Source: an uncultured bacterium (GTDB lineage Bacteria; Patescibacteriota; Minisyncoccia; Phycocordibacterales; UBA1006). From it: a stretch of 52,270 nucleotides of DNA. The stretch is from assembly GCA_937868685.1 (NCBI GenBank), contig CALMMZ010000181.1:1-52270 (forward strand), written 5' to 3'. Positions 7,978 through 17,484 of the stretch are shown here, one piece after another (the stretch's first letter is position 1; every line of letters starts with the position of its first letter). Made by a program: the position numbers and the translations under genes. Under the pieces are notes generated by a model. That model was not told the DNA's origin. It did not search any database and saw only the letters and a program-made list of their open reading frames with translations.

Positions 7978-8481
7978 ATGTGGTACTTTTTATTTGGATT
8001 TTTATTTGGATATCTCTTCGAAGATGTTCGAAGTTTGTATCAAAGAGCAAAACGTGAAAGTGCACGTCCAATTGTTCAGACTCTAACTTGGTTACAAGCA
8101 TTCGCCTTTCGAGCCTTCGAAAGAAAATGGGAAAAAATTCGAGATCTCTTTCCTCGAATTATTGAACATCAAAAATTTTTAGAAATTACCTATTGGTGGA
8201 AAAATAAAAAGTATTGTATTCATGTTCCCATTAAGAGCAGTTCCCGTTTGTTGGCTATCAAGAACAAAGATAATCAAAACATTACTTCCGAAGTGCAAAA
8301 ATATCTTGGACCACACGAAGATTTTCATGGCTCATTACATCTTCTGCAAAAAGTATTTACTGCTCATGGCACAATTGTAATTGAAAATTTAGGACAAAAA
8401 ATAGAACTCAAAAACTTTGAAGACTTTATGAAATATTTTTCTTCATTACATGGGGATGCTTTATTAACTAATTCTTCGTAG
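7978..8481 (+). CDS. hypothetical protein with an N-terminal hydrophobic anchor
   Basis: 167-aa ORF starting MWYFLFGFLFGYLF. No recognisable domain. Confidence 0.4.
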   Translation: MWYFLFGFLFGYLFEDVRSLYQRAKRESARPIVQTLTWLQAFAFRAFERKWEKIRDLFPRIIEHQKFLEITYWWKNKKYCIHVPIKSSSRLLAIKNKDNQNITSEVQKYLGPHEDFHGSLHLLQKVFTAHGTIVIENLGQKIELKNFEDFMKYFSSLHGDALLTNSS

Positions 8482-8538
8482 AAGGTATCATAAATAAAAC
8501 TCCGTAGAGTTTTATTTATGATACCCACCAAACGGTGA

Positions 8539-8817
8539 TTAGTTATCCTCAATCCAACGAGGATATTGCGAGACAGCGTGACGGAGATTAAAATAATCTA
8601 CCATCCAATTGCCATAAAAAGTTTCATGATTCTCACAGAGGGCAATCAAGCAGATTCGATGATAATTTTCAATTATTCGACGCAAACAAGAAGGTAGACG
8701 AGTTCTTTCTTCTTGTAAGAAAGAGCTCAGGGCGAGATTAAAAAACAATCCTACACACAAGAGAATGTGATAGGCAACAAATGCAATAACAGTCAAAAAC
8801 AAGTAGACAAACAACAT
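8539..8817 (-). CDS. small membrane protein
   Basis: ATG at 8817 (MLFVYLFLTVIAFVAYHILLCVGLFF...); the listed start at 8847 is a TTG. TCAATTTT lies at 8866..8873 upstream. Confidence 0.35.
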   Translation of the reverse strand: MLFVYLFLTVIAFVAYHILLCVGLFFNLALSSFLQEERTRLPSCLRRIIENYHRICLIALCENHETFYGNWMVDYFNLRHAVSQYPRWIEDN

Positions 8818-8865
8818 GGTTACTCTTTGCACTTCGAGATTTGTCAAAGATTTTGAAAGAAAAAA

Positions 8866-8873
8866 TCAATTTT
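8866..8873 (-). promoter_or_regulatory. AAAATTGA early-promoter-like motif
   Basis: TCAATTTT on the plus strand. Lies upstream of minus-strand ATG 8817. Confidence 0.5.
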
Positions 8874-8933
8874 CGGGGGGGGGTTCGTGCAAAAAAATGA
8901 TTGAATCATTTTTTGCCTCTTTAAAAAAGAACC

Positions 8934-11912
8934 ATGTCACTCACTCCAGCAACCGGGTACATTTTTTCATGGTACGCCGAAGATGATGGTGTGATTCATG
9001 CGTTTGCAATGTCACCTGAAAATGAAACAATTCACCTAATTATTCTCAATTTTACTCGTTATTGTTATGTTGAACTTCCTGAAGATGTTGATTGGGACAA
9101 TGCCATTCATCAACGAAGTTTGCAATCGGCGATTGGTAATCTATCTATTGAAATTCATCCGAAACAAATGGTGGTGATGAAAAAACATCGATTATATCAA
9201 GCCCATGTTATCCCCACTGCCGAAGGATATCAACGAAAACTCTTTCCTTATCTCTTTGTTTGTTTTGATACACAAAAAGCCATGTTTGATTTTACACGTC
9301 GAATGACTTGGGGAATTTATGTCGATTCCCTCGGTCGAAAGTTAAATATGAAATGTCATGAACAAGATGCGTCTCCCTTTTTACAATTGTCTGTTTGTCG
9401 AGACATTCCTATCACAGGATGGGTTGACTTTCAAGGAGTTCGCCAATCGGATGACTGGAATAGTTCCTATTGTAAACATGAATATATTGTTGATTGGAGA
9501 ACTCTCACCTTGTCTAAAAATACTGCTTTGTTAAAAACTTTACCCAAGGTTCGTGTTCTCTCTTTTGATTGGGAAGCAAATTCTACCAATCACAACCGCA
9601 TGCCTAACGAAAAGAAACCAGGTGATGTGCTGTTCCAATGTTCAATGACCGTATTTGAACACGGTTCAGAAAAAATGGAATATCACTTATTAACTTTAGG
9701 CCAACCCGATCCGGCGATAGTTCAAGGTGAGAGAAAAGAGAAAGTACACATTCACAATTTTGCCAATGAAGCTGACATTTTAGAAGGTTTTGCTTCAATC
9801 GTTATTCAAATTGATCCACAAATTATTACCGGTTACAATATTATGGGGTGGGATTTTCATTATATGACCGCTCGAGCAAAATTGTTAAACGTATATCAAT
9901 CTTTTAGTCAATTTGGTTATTTGAAAGGATTTTCTGCAAAAGAGAAAACTATTTCTTGGTCAAGTTCAGCCTTTAGTAAACAAAACTTTTCTTATCCTGA
10001 TGTTCCAGGAAGAATTATTATTGATATGTTACCAGTTGTTAAAAGAGATTTTAAAATGTCGAGTTACAGTTTGAGTTCAGTATCAGCTGAATTGTTGGGA
10101 GCCAATCAAACAAAGGATCCATTGACACCGCAAGGAATCTTTAAATGTTATAAGATTCACAGCCCAGAAACTCTAGGAGTTGTTGGAAAATATTGCTTAA
10201 AAGATTCAGAAGTAACTGCCTATCTTTTTATCAAATTGAAGACTTGGGTAGGTAGTTGTCAAATGTCTGCTACAATGGGTGTGCCAATTTTTGCTCTTTC
10301 TACTCAAGGTCAACAAGTCAAGATTTACGCTCAAATCTATCGTGACTGTTTCTTGAAAAATACAGTCGTGGAAAAGAATGGTTATGTGTGTGGAAAAGAT
10401 GAATCTTACACTGGTGCGATTGTACTCGATCCGATTCCTGGATTGCATGAAAATGTGGTTACTTTCGATTTTGCCAGTTTATATCCTTCAACTATTATTG
10501 AAAAGAATATTTGTTATTCAACTTGGGTCACTGATGAGAAAATTCCTGATATTGATTGCCATGTTCTCGAATGGGAAGATCATATTAACTGTCCCCATGA
10601 TACAGTCAAAAGAACTGACAAAAAGAAAGTCTTTTGTTGCAAACGGCGTTATCGCTTTCTCCGAAAACCATTGGGTATTTTGCCCAGTATTTTGACTCGG
10701 TTAACCGCAGAAAGAAAGAAGGTGAAGAAAGAACTTGAATCAGTCGAACTCAAAGCCAAGGAAGAAAAAGATACTCTGTTAAAGAAAGAGTATAATATGT
10801 ACGCCACTATTCTCGATTTAACTCAATTAGCCATCAAATTAGTTTCAAATAGTATGTATGGTGTAATGGGTGTTCGAGAAGGTCGTCTACCTTTTATGCC
10901 GGGAGCAATGTCAACAACAGCCGGAGGTCGTGCCGCCATTATGAAAGCCAAAAGTATCATTTTAGAAAAGTTTCCTGGAAAAGTAATCTACGGTGATACC
11001 GATTCGCTGATGTATATTTTCGACAACACCAAAGACTTCTTGAAACCATCTCCAGATGGTAAAGAGAGTAAAATGGATTACGAGGAATTTGAGAAGTTTT
11101 GTCATCTCGTTTCTGAAACGATCTCCTCTCAATTTGAAAAGCCGATGAAACTAGAATTCGAAAACATTGCCGAACTCTTTTTCCTTTTGACTAAAAAGAG
11201 ATATATTTCCAAATTGACTAATGGTAAAGTTAAAAAACGTGGTATTATGTTAAGTCGTCGTGACAATGCGGCTTGTTGTCGAAGTGTATATGAAGGATTA
11301 CTGAAACATATCTTTGCTAAAAGTAGCTTAAACACTGTATTGGAATATATTGTTGAAGCAATGAATAAAATTTATTCTTACAGTTTTCCCAGCAAGGATT
11401 ATGCCATTACTAAAAGTATCAAAGATGTTAGTGATTACAAGGTGAAACCTCTAGATCTCGATCCAACAAAAAGACAAAAGCAATTAGCCAATAAATTCCT
11501 TCCTTACGTCGATCCTCATAACAAAGAAATGACAGATCGAATTGAGGCGGAATATAAACTTCGTTGTTTGCCGGCTCATGTTCAATTGGCAGAAACCATG
11601 CGTTCTCGAGGAAATATTGTTGAATCGGGTAGTCGCTTTGCCTTTGTAGTAACTACTAAAGGTGGACCAGTCGCAAAAATGTGGCAAAAGATTGAAAGTT
11701 TGGAATATTATACTCGACATCAAGGTTTAATTACGTTGGACACTAATTATTATGGAAAGGCTTTGATTAATCCGTTTGATGAGGTATTGGAGGTTCAATT
11801 TCATCTTTCAGGCTTTGTGAAAAAGCAACACAAACTTCGTTTGCAAAAATATATGATGTTGCAAGAATTGAAACAACTTCTTCGCCCTCAACTCGTGGCT
11901 TGGACAATTTAA
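8934..11912 (+). CDS. family-B DNA polymerase
   Basis: 992 aa. Exonuclease motifs: LSFDWEAN (ExoI), YNIMGWDFHY (ExoII), YCLKDSEV (ExoIII). Polymerase motifs: DFASLYPS (A), KLVSNSMYGVMG (B), VIYGDTDS (C). No intein-like insertion. Confidence 0.95.
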   Translation: MSLTPATGYIFSWYAEDDGVIHAFAMSPENETIHLIILNFTRYCYVELPEDVDWDNAIHQRSLQSAIGNLSIEIHPKQMVVMKKHRLYQAHVIPTAEGYQRKLFPYLFVCFDTQKAMFDFTRRMTWGIYVDSLGRKLNMKCHEQDASPFLQLSVCRDIPITGWVDFQGVRQSDDWNSSYCKHEYIVDWRTLTLSKNTALLKTLPKVRVLSFDWEANSTNHNRMPNEKKPGDVLFQCSMTVFEHGSEKMEYHLLTLGQPDPAIVQGERKEKVHIHNFANEADILEGFASIVIQIDPQIITGYNIMGWDFHYMTARAKLLNVYQSFSQFGYLKGFSAKEKTISWSSSAFSKQNFSYPDVPGRIIIDMLPVVKRDFKMSSYSLSSVSAELLGANQTKDPLTPQGIFKCYKIHSPETLGVVGKYCLKDSEVTAYLFIKLKTWVGSCQMSATMGVPIFALSTQGQQVKIYAQIYRDCFLKNTVVEKNGYVCGKDESYTGAIVLDPIPGLHENVVTFDFASLYPSTIIEKNICYSTWVTDEKIPDIDCHVLEWEDHINCPHDTVKRTDKKKVFCCKRRYRFLRKPLGILPSILTRLTAERKKVKKELESVELKAKEEKDTLLKKEYNMYATILDLTQLAIKLVSNSMYGVMGVREGRLPFMPGAMSTTAGGRAAIMKAKSIILEKFPGKVIYGDTDSLMYIFDNTKDFLKPSPDGKESKMDYEEFEKFCHLVSETISSQFEKPMKLEFENIAELFFLLTKKRYISKLTNGKVKKRGIMLSRRDNAACCRSVYEGLLKHIFAKSSLNTVLEYIVEAMNKIYSYSFPSKDYAITKSIKDVSDYKVKPLDLDPTKRQKQLANKFLPYVDPHNKEMTDRIEAEYKLRCLPAHVQLAETMRSRGNIVESGSRFAFVVTTKGGPVAKMWQKIESLEYYTRHQGLITLDTNYYGKALINPFDEVLEVQFHLSGFVKKQHKLRLQKYMMLQELKQLLRPQLVAWTI

Positions 11913-11930
11913 ATTTCCCCTTGGGGAAAT
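11913..11930. terminator. intergenic palindromic hairpin
   Basis: Arm atttcccc, spacer tt, arm ggggaaat, directly after the PolB stop. Confidence 0.5.
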
Positions 11931-12104
11931 CTAATGAAAAGGTAATTTTTAAGATATTGAAACGAATAGTGGTTTGAACAAATTATTAAAGGATGTCGCA
12001 ATTTGATAATGTCATTGAAACGGATTCAATTGTAGGATATTTTGAATTTTCTTAAAGAAAATTCAAAAATTCTTTCAAAAAGAAAGTTTTCCTTTCAAAA
12101 GAAA

Positions 12105-13451
12105 ATGGGTCAATTTATATCCGCACCGACGGCAGACCAACTATCAGCTGAACAAATTGCAACTTTTCAACAAGAAATGAAAGGAGTTATTCGAGTAATG
12201 GAGGAAAAATTCAAATTTCTTTATGTTGATCCCAAAGCTATCTCACTCGACGCATATAAATCAGATCCCAAAGAATATGTTCCATTAAAATATGAAGGGG
12301 CCTTTAAAGAAGTTCATCTCTTTCATCCTGTTATAAAAGAAGACAAACAATTTGTTGCACATAGTTTGGTTCCAGAAGAAGGAATTGTTGGCCTTCAGAA
12401 ATATCATCTTCAACTTCTTTCTTATATTCAACTTTTGGAACAGTCTCAACCATATGTCACAAAATCGGCTCTCCCTCAATTAAAGTATTGGACTGTGCTT
12501 GAAAAAGAACGTACAGGGCAAAAATTTCTACAACTTCTCTTTATTTATGACGAGTTTGATTTTAATTCTTCTCTTCAAATGAAGGCACAACAACAAATTT
12601 TTAATTGTCAAATAGTATATTCATATGCTATTCAAATTTTTAAAACTTTAGTAGTGACTAGAAATTTGAAAATTATGGCACATTTTGATGGTAATTTAAT
12701 TTTTAATAGGAGTAATCCAGAGCATTTAATTATGATACCCAGTCTTCCTTGTGGAGAAAATTATAATCAATGTCAAGATTATCTCACAGAGCCAATTGGA
12801 GAAGGTAAATTTCCAGCTGAATTAAAATTTATTAATGAAAAAGCTTTGGCTGAACTTCGATCTCTTGCTTTATTGTTAATTAAATTAATCTACGGGCCTG
12901 CCGCAGCTAAATCTTTTCTCGGCAATATTTTTATAAATTCAAAAACGAAAGAAATTTTTGCAAAACAATATTTTGAGAAAAAGAATGCGGTTCAAGAAGA
13001 GTTAGCAAATTTGACTAGTTTATGCCGTGAAATTATTGAACCTTTTCTAGGACCTCCACAAATGATTCCCTCACCCGTCGAATATTTGAAACATCTTCAA
13101 TCTCCAAAAATGGTTAAATTGTTTCAAAGGGGCAGTGTTTCCTTTTCGGCTGACTCTGATGCAGTTGGTCAAGCTTTAATTGGTCAAGATCTCGAGCAAA
13201 TTCAACAAATTAACAATGAATCATTTAAAAAGCATTGTCTCCAGCGAGAGTCGTTACTAGAAGCTTTAACATCATCTGGCCAGTGCCTTTTCGCAGCTTC
13301 ATCTGACCTTTCTCGCGAAGAATTTGTTGTGATTCTTAAAGAATTAATTTCTCAATTACCACGCAGCTACCAGTTTCAAGCTTGTTACACAGACAGTGAA
13401 CTTGATCAAGCCTTAAGACAAATCTATCTTTCGGTGAGCGGCAAACAATAA
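12105..13451 (+). CDS. hypothetical protein with an N-myristoylation-type start; possible degenerate kinase-like fold
   Basis: ATG 12105 is preferred over TTG 12042, which lies in a palindrome. Begins MGQFISAP (M-G-x-x-x-S). Weak kinase-like remnants: IMAHFDGNLIFN and LALLLIKLIYGP. Confidence 0.5.
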   Translation: MGQFISAPTADQLSAEQIATFQQEMKGVIRVMEEKFKFLYVDPKAISLDAYKSDPKEYVPLKYEGAFKEVHLFHPVIKEDKQFVAHSLVPEEGIVGLQKYHLQLLSYIQLLEQSQPYVTKSALPQLKYWTVLEKERTGQKFLQLLFIYDEFDFNSSLQMKAQQQIFNCQIVYSYAIQIFKTLVVTRNLKIMAHFDGNLIFNRSNPEHLIMIPSLPCGENYNQCQDYLTEPIGEGKFPAELKFINEKALAELRSLALLLIKLIYGPAAAKSFLGNIFINSKTKEIFAKQYFEKKNAVQEELANLTSLCREIIEPFLGPPQMIPSPVEYLKHLQSPKMVKLFQRGSVSFSADSDAVGQALIGQDLEQIQQINNESFKKHCLQRESLLEALTSSGQCLFAASSDLSREEFVVILKELISQLPRSYQFQACYTDSELDQALRQIYLSVSGKQ

Positions 13452-13501
13452 AAATCAAAGAAAATCAAAAATCAAAAAGATTTTTAATTTTTTAATTCAA
13501 A

Positions 13502-15148
13502 ATGTCGCTTTACGAAGTCAAATTCAAAGGAGAACAAAAAGGTCCATGGATCCCTTTTCGTGGAGAAGCTACTGAAGTTATTGAGTCGGGATTTCGCGTG
13601 TTAAACAAACCAGTTTTGTTATATGAACATGCTTATGTCGGAGAAAAGATTAATCCAAATGACAAAACTTTTCCAGATGAATTTATAGTACAATTATTTT
13701 ATAACTATGATCAACAGAGTTTTATTCGTAATAAGAATTTACTCCGCATGCTAGAGAAGATGTCACAAAATTTATCTGCCGAAGGATTTTTCAGCATGGC
13801 ATCGATTCCTTTTGCTTATCGATTTTATCCTAGTCCTCGTTCTTTTAACAAACAAACGAACACAAGTTATGCACTCATGAGATCACCCCCTGTTTGGAAG
13901 CATATTCTCGATACTTCAACTTCTCGTTTTCATTGGTTTATGTTTAATGCGTTGTCAGCTCTTTTTTATCTCCATAAATTGGGTATTGTACATCGTGCTA
14001 TTTCACCAGAAACTGTCTATTTTTCAAAGGATAATAATGACTATTCACCTTCTATTTTTATTCACGATTTTAGCTCGGCTTGCTGGTTAGAAGATCAAAC
14101 TGATCTCACTCAAATTGTAAGATGTCGTGAATCACCTCCAATGTATGATTATACTGATCCTGTTTTATTGCCAAAATCAAGACAATTATTGCAACAACAA
14201 CGAGATAAAAATAAAAGTAAGATCTCTTCCGAAGAAGAAAAGAAAATTCGTGATGACATGGATGGTCTCAAGAAGAAAATGGCCGAGTTAAATAAAGAAA
14301 TCAACGACGCAAAAGGAAATGATCGTACTCGTCTAGAAGGACAGCGAAAAGAACTAAGAAAAAGATTGGGCGAACTTGGGGGAAAATTACACGGTCGTCC
14401 AGGAGAAGGAGAACGAATGTCACAAGCAGTGTACGCTCCTTACACTGATAAATCTGATGTATTTTCAATGGGGATGTTATTTTATCAAATTGCAACTCAA
14501 GGCATCGGTTATACCAATGAAGCGCTCGATCCTTGGGATCCAACCAGAGAAAATACTATTAGTATGCCTCCAGATCAAATTGAAGTTTTTAACGCGCGTA
14601 AACAGCGTTTAACTCGTACAAATCTTTCGCCATTGTTGCGAGATATCATTTTGGGGATGATTCAACCTGAACATAAAGATCGCTTGGATGCTGGTATGGC
14701 TTTAAAGAAATTAATTTCTGCACACAATCCTGAGATGCAGATTCCCGATTTACCACCTTTTACCTCGGGAGCACCACAAAAAGAAATTCTACAATATCTT
14801 GGTTCGCGAGAATATCCCGAATTACAAGGAGCAAATATTAATACTCTGGCTAAAATGATGACGCAAAAATGGGCTGATGTTGACGCAAAAATTGACCATC
14901 AAGATCCAGCTAGTGAATTTTATGGATCATTCCGAGAAAGTAGGTTAAATCCCTCTCCTCCACCAGCTGAATTTTGGGCTTACTGCGTTGGTAAAGGTTT
15001 GTGTTACACAGCTGCGGTGGGAATTCCTCTTGTGGTTGGTGGTTTAAATCCAGTTGCTGCGGGTGTTGGATTGGCGACCGCCGGACTTGGAGCCGCCGGT
15101 GTACACAATCGATTGTTGCAAAAGATATCGGAGCGATGGAGACGGTAA
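13502..15148 (+). CDS. protein-kinase-like protein, probable pseudokinase, with a coiled-coil insert and a Gly-rich C-terminal hydrophobic segment
   Basis: 548 aa. LHKLGIVHRAISPETVYF (HRD replaced by HRA), IHDFSSA (DFG-like), SDVFSMGMLFYQI (subdomain IX-like). Charged insert KISSEEEKKIRDDMDGLKKKMAELNKEINDAKG. C-terminal GIPLVVGGLNPVAAGVGLATAGLGAAGV. Confidence 0.6.
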   Translation: MSLYEVKFKGEQKGPWIPFRGEATEVIESGFRVLNKPVLLYEHAYVGEKINPNDKTFPDEFIVQLFYNYDQQSFIRNKNLLRMLEKMSQNLSAEGFFSMASIPFAYRFYPSPRSFNKQTNTSYALMRSPPVWKHILDTSTSRFHWFMFNALSALFYLHKLGIVHRAISPETVYFSKDNNDYSPSIFIHDFSSACWLEDQTDLTQIVRCRESPPMYDYTDPVLLPKSRQLLQQQRDKNKSKISSEEEKKIRDDMDGLKKKMAELNKEINDAKGNDRTRLEGQRKELRKRLGELGGKLHGRPGEGERMSQAVYAPYTDKSDVFSMGMLFYQIATQGIGYTNEALDPWDPTRENTISMPPDQIEVFNARKQRLTRTNLSPLLRDIILGMIQPEHKDRLDAGMALKKLISAHNPEMQIPDLPPFTSGAPQKEILQYLGSREYPELQGANINTLAKMMTQKWADVDAKIDHQDPASEFYGSFRESRLNPSPPPAEFWAYCVGKGLCYTAAVGIPLVVGGLNPVAAGVGLATAGLGAAGVHNRLLQKISERWRR

Positions 15149-15153
15149 AGGGT

Positions 15154-15170
15154 GGGAAGGATGTTTAAAC
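15154..15170. repeat. GTTTAAC-family half-copy
   Basis: gggaaggatgtttaaac, just after stop 15148 and upstream of ATG 15189. Confidence 0.45.
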
Positions 15171-15188
15171 ACTTTTCTCCGCAAAGAA

Positions 15189-15533
15189 ATGTCGGAGATC
15201 GATTTTACTGAAATTAATAAACATCTCGTTTCTATTGCCTCATATCGAAATCAATTGGCAAAATGTGAGAGAATTGATGAAATTACCCGCATCAAAAACG
15301 CCATCATCGAAGCAGAGTTAAAAATTTTTGCTGAAAGAGAAAAAGGTTTGAAGGTTCTTCAAAATAAGAAAGAAGAAATACTTCAAAAAACAGCTCATCT
15401 TCAAATTGAGCTTGACAATTTAAAAACTGAGCTTGACACAGTAAACGTTCAACTTGCAACTCATACTGAAAAGTACAAGAGTTCTGTATTTCGAAAAATT
15501 GCCGATTTGGAAGGTGATGGAGAAAAAAAGTAA
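15189..15533 (+). CDS. coiled-coil protein
   Basis: ATG 15189 (MSEIDFTEINKH...) lies inside ORF 15054..15533. The longer version overlaps the upstream gene. Heptad-like Glu/Lys/Leu-rich sequence. Confidence 0.45.
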   Translation: MSEIDFTEINKHLVSIASYRNQLAKCERIDEITRIKNAIIEAELKIFAEREKGLKVLQNKKEEILQKTAHLQIELDNLKTELDTVNVQLATHTEKYKSSVFRKIADLEGDGEKK

Positions 15534-15575
15534 TTTGTCTCTCTTCAAGGAACAGAGAAAACCGAAAAAATGAAT

Positions 15576-15600
15576 TTTTCTTTTCCCGGGGAAAAGAAAA
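15576..15600. terminator. intergenic palindromic hairpin
   Basis: Arm ttttcttttccc, spacer g, arm gggaaaagaaaa, between 15189..15533 and the RNR2 ATG 15606. Confidence 0.5.
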
Positions 15601-15605
15601 CTGGG

Positions 15606-16583
15606 ATGAACCTTCTTCGAGTACCAGAAAATAAGTATGACCTCTTTAACACTCAATACCCAGATATTATGGAGTTTGGAATGAAACAACTTCGCGCAGT
15701 CTGGTTGCCGAATGAAATTTCCTATGATGAAGACCGGACTCATTTTCAAGAATTAAAAGATGATCGTATTAAACATATCTTAAAACGAATTATTGGATTC
15801 TTTTTTACCAGTGATGGAATTGTATTTGCTAATCTTGACGAAAACTTTAAAGAAGAGTTTAAATCTCCTGATGTTAAATTTACACTTGGAGCTTTTGAAG
15901 TTATAGAAAGAATTCACGCAATTTCTTATGGATTTCAACTTGATTCAATTATCATCGATGAAGAAGAAAAGAAAAGTTTAATGAATGCAATTGTCGAGGT
16001 TGAATCGATTAAAAAGATGGCTGAATTTGCCTTTAAATATATGAAACAAGAAACCCCTCTTTATTTGAGAATTGTAGCCTTCTTGTGCATTGAAGGTATT
16101 TTCTTCTCCTCACCTTTTGCTTTTATTTTTTGGATTCGTAAATACCTTCCCAAGAAATTTCCTGGTATTGTCTCAGCAAATGACTTTATTTCCAAAGATG
16201 AAAATCTCCATTCTGAATATAGCGCCTATGTCATCAATTTGTTTCGAAATGAAGGAATCTTTGAACAAAAAGAGGCTACCGCCATCTTTCGTGAGGCCAC
16301 CGCAGTGGCACTTGATTTTGTTGATGACACCTTTCCTGATGATTTACTCGGAATGACTCGAGGAATGATGCGAACTCATGTGAAATATATTGCAAATCGT
16401 TGGGCTCAAATGATTGGATTGCCAGTATTGCATGATGATGCTCGCAAAACGCCTTTTACTTTTATGGACAATATTGCTCTCGGAAAGAAAGATAACTTTT
16501 TCGAAGTCAAAGATTTAACAGAATATCAAGGTGCTCCCAACGTCAATGTTTCTTTTACAAATCCCGAAAATGAAAGCTTCTAA
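15606..16583 (+). CDS. ribonucleotide reductase small subunit (R2)
   Basis: Iron-ligand motifs: EVIERIHAISY (E-x-x-H), CIEGIFF, DENLHSEY (E-x-x-H). R2-like LRAVWLPNEISYDED near the N-terminus. ATG 15606 is chosen because the 15570 ATG precedes the hairpin at 15576..15600. Confidence 0.9.
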   Translation: MNLLRVPENKYDLFNTQYPDIMEFGMKQLRAVWLPNEISYDEDRTHFQELKDDRIKHILKRIIGFFFTSDGIVFANLDENFKEEFKSPDVKFTLGAFEVIERIHAISYGFQLDSIIIDEEEKKSLMNAIVEVESIKKMAEFAFKYMKQETPLYLRIVAFLCIEGIFFSSPFAFIFWIRKYLPKKFPGIVSANDFISKDENLHSEYSAYVINLFRNEGIFEQKEATAIFREATAVALDFVDDTFPDDLLGMTRGMMRTHVKYIANRWAQMIGLPVLHDDARKTPFTFMDNIALGKKDNFFEVKDLTEYQGAPNVNVSFTNPENESF

Positions 16584-16638
16584 AAGTTACAAACTTTTTT
16601 TTCAAAAATAAAAGTTCTTCTTTCAATAAAAACACTCC

Positions 16639-16845
16639 ATGCATACTCCGATTGCGCTCGTTTTGGCCGTTGCTGCGGCAATTTCGTTGGTTATCAATCT
16701 TTATTATGCCGAAAAGGACCCTGCCAAGGCAAAGAAGGCTTCAATTGCGGCAGTTGTGCTTTTGGCCGTCCTAGCACTCGTTTTGGTCCACAAGAAATTT
16801 GGTCTCCCAATGATGGGATCGAGCTACGGCTACGGTGATTTCTAA
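16639..16845 (+). CDS. small membrane protein (two helices)
   Basis: 68 aa, with IALVLAVAAAISLVINLYY and AAVVLLAVLALVLV. Confidence 0.4.
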   Translation: MHTPIALVLAVAAAISLVINLYYAEKDPAKAKKASIAAVVLLAVLALVLVHKKFGLPMMGSSYGYGDF

Positions 16846-16874
16846 AGAATGATTCAACCTCTTCAGAATAGTTA

Positions 16875-16882
16875 AAAATTGA
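16875..16882 (+). promoter_or_regulatory. AAAATTGA early-promoter-like motif
   Basis: Exact motif upstream of ATG 16921. Confidence 0.55.
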
Positions 16883-16920
16883 TTCTCTTTTTAATCGTAT
16901 ATCAAACTTTTAGAAGTTTG

Positions 16921-17484
16921 ATGAATGATAGTAAATGCATTATTTGTTTCAATTCTGGGCAAGCAAAGTATTGCACCCATGCCTATTGTGTAGCTTGTTT
17001 GCGAAAATACTGTGAAAGACAATTAAATCAAAAAAGAAAGTGTTCCTGTGCCATTCCTGGTTGTAAAAGTTATTCTCCAAGTGAATTGAAAGAGATTCTC
17101 GATGAAAAATCTTACTCTTGTTACTCCTCTCAAATTGATGAGAATGCAATACAAGACTATTTAAATCGTCATGGGCAACAATGTACTCAATGTCAAGAAT
17201 GGGTCACCAAAGGTGAAGGATGCAATCGAGTCAACTGTCGATGTGGTTTAAGTTGGGACTGGCGCTATGGGCCACCTCAATTTGTACCACCTTCTTCACC
17301 TTCTTCTTCATCAACTTCTCCCTCTTTTTGGTGTTTGCGTTGGTTTCGCGATGAGACAAAGATTTTTCTAAATCAATTAAGTCCACAGACACTCATACTC
17401 ATTGAACTTGAATTAACTAAAAGTTATTCAGCTTCAAAAGAGATGTCAATTCGGAACATTCGCAATCATCTCAAAAAGTTGTAA
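16921..17484 (+). CDS. RBR-like (RING-between-RING) E3 ubiquitin-ligase-like protein
   Basis: RING1-like CIICFNSGQAKYCTHAYCVACL, then CSCAIPGC, then Rcat-like CTQCQEWVTKGEGCNRVNCRCGLSWDW (compare C-x2-C...GGCNHMxC-x-C). ATG 16921; the listed 16879 start is a TTG overlapping AAAATTGA. Confidence 0.55.
   Translation: MNDSKCIICFNSGQAKYCTHAYCVACLRKYCERQLNQKRKCSCAIPGCKSYSPSELKEILDEKSYSCYSSQIDENAIQDYLNRHGQQCTQCQEWVTKGEGCNRVNCRCGLSWDWRYGPPQFVPPSSPSSSSTSPSFWCLRWFRDETKIFLNQLSPQTLILIELELTKSYSASKEMSIRNIRNHLKKL

Noticed and set aside
8934-11912. Possible intein in the family-B DNA polymerase, as occurs in some Mimiviridae
   Set aside because: The motif C region reads VIYGDTDSLMYIF without interruption, and the 992-aa length fits an intein-free enzyme.
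15054-15188. N-terminal extensions produced by TTG or far-upstream starts in the ORF track (for example 15054, 12042, 16879, 22363, 30796, 33366, 48264, 36662, 22335, 28897)
   Set aside because: The extensions overlap the neighbouring gene, a terminator hairpin or the AAAATTGA motif. The first ATG downstream gives a compact, non-overlapping gene map.
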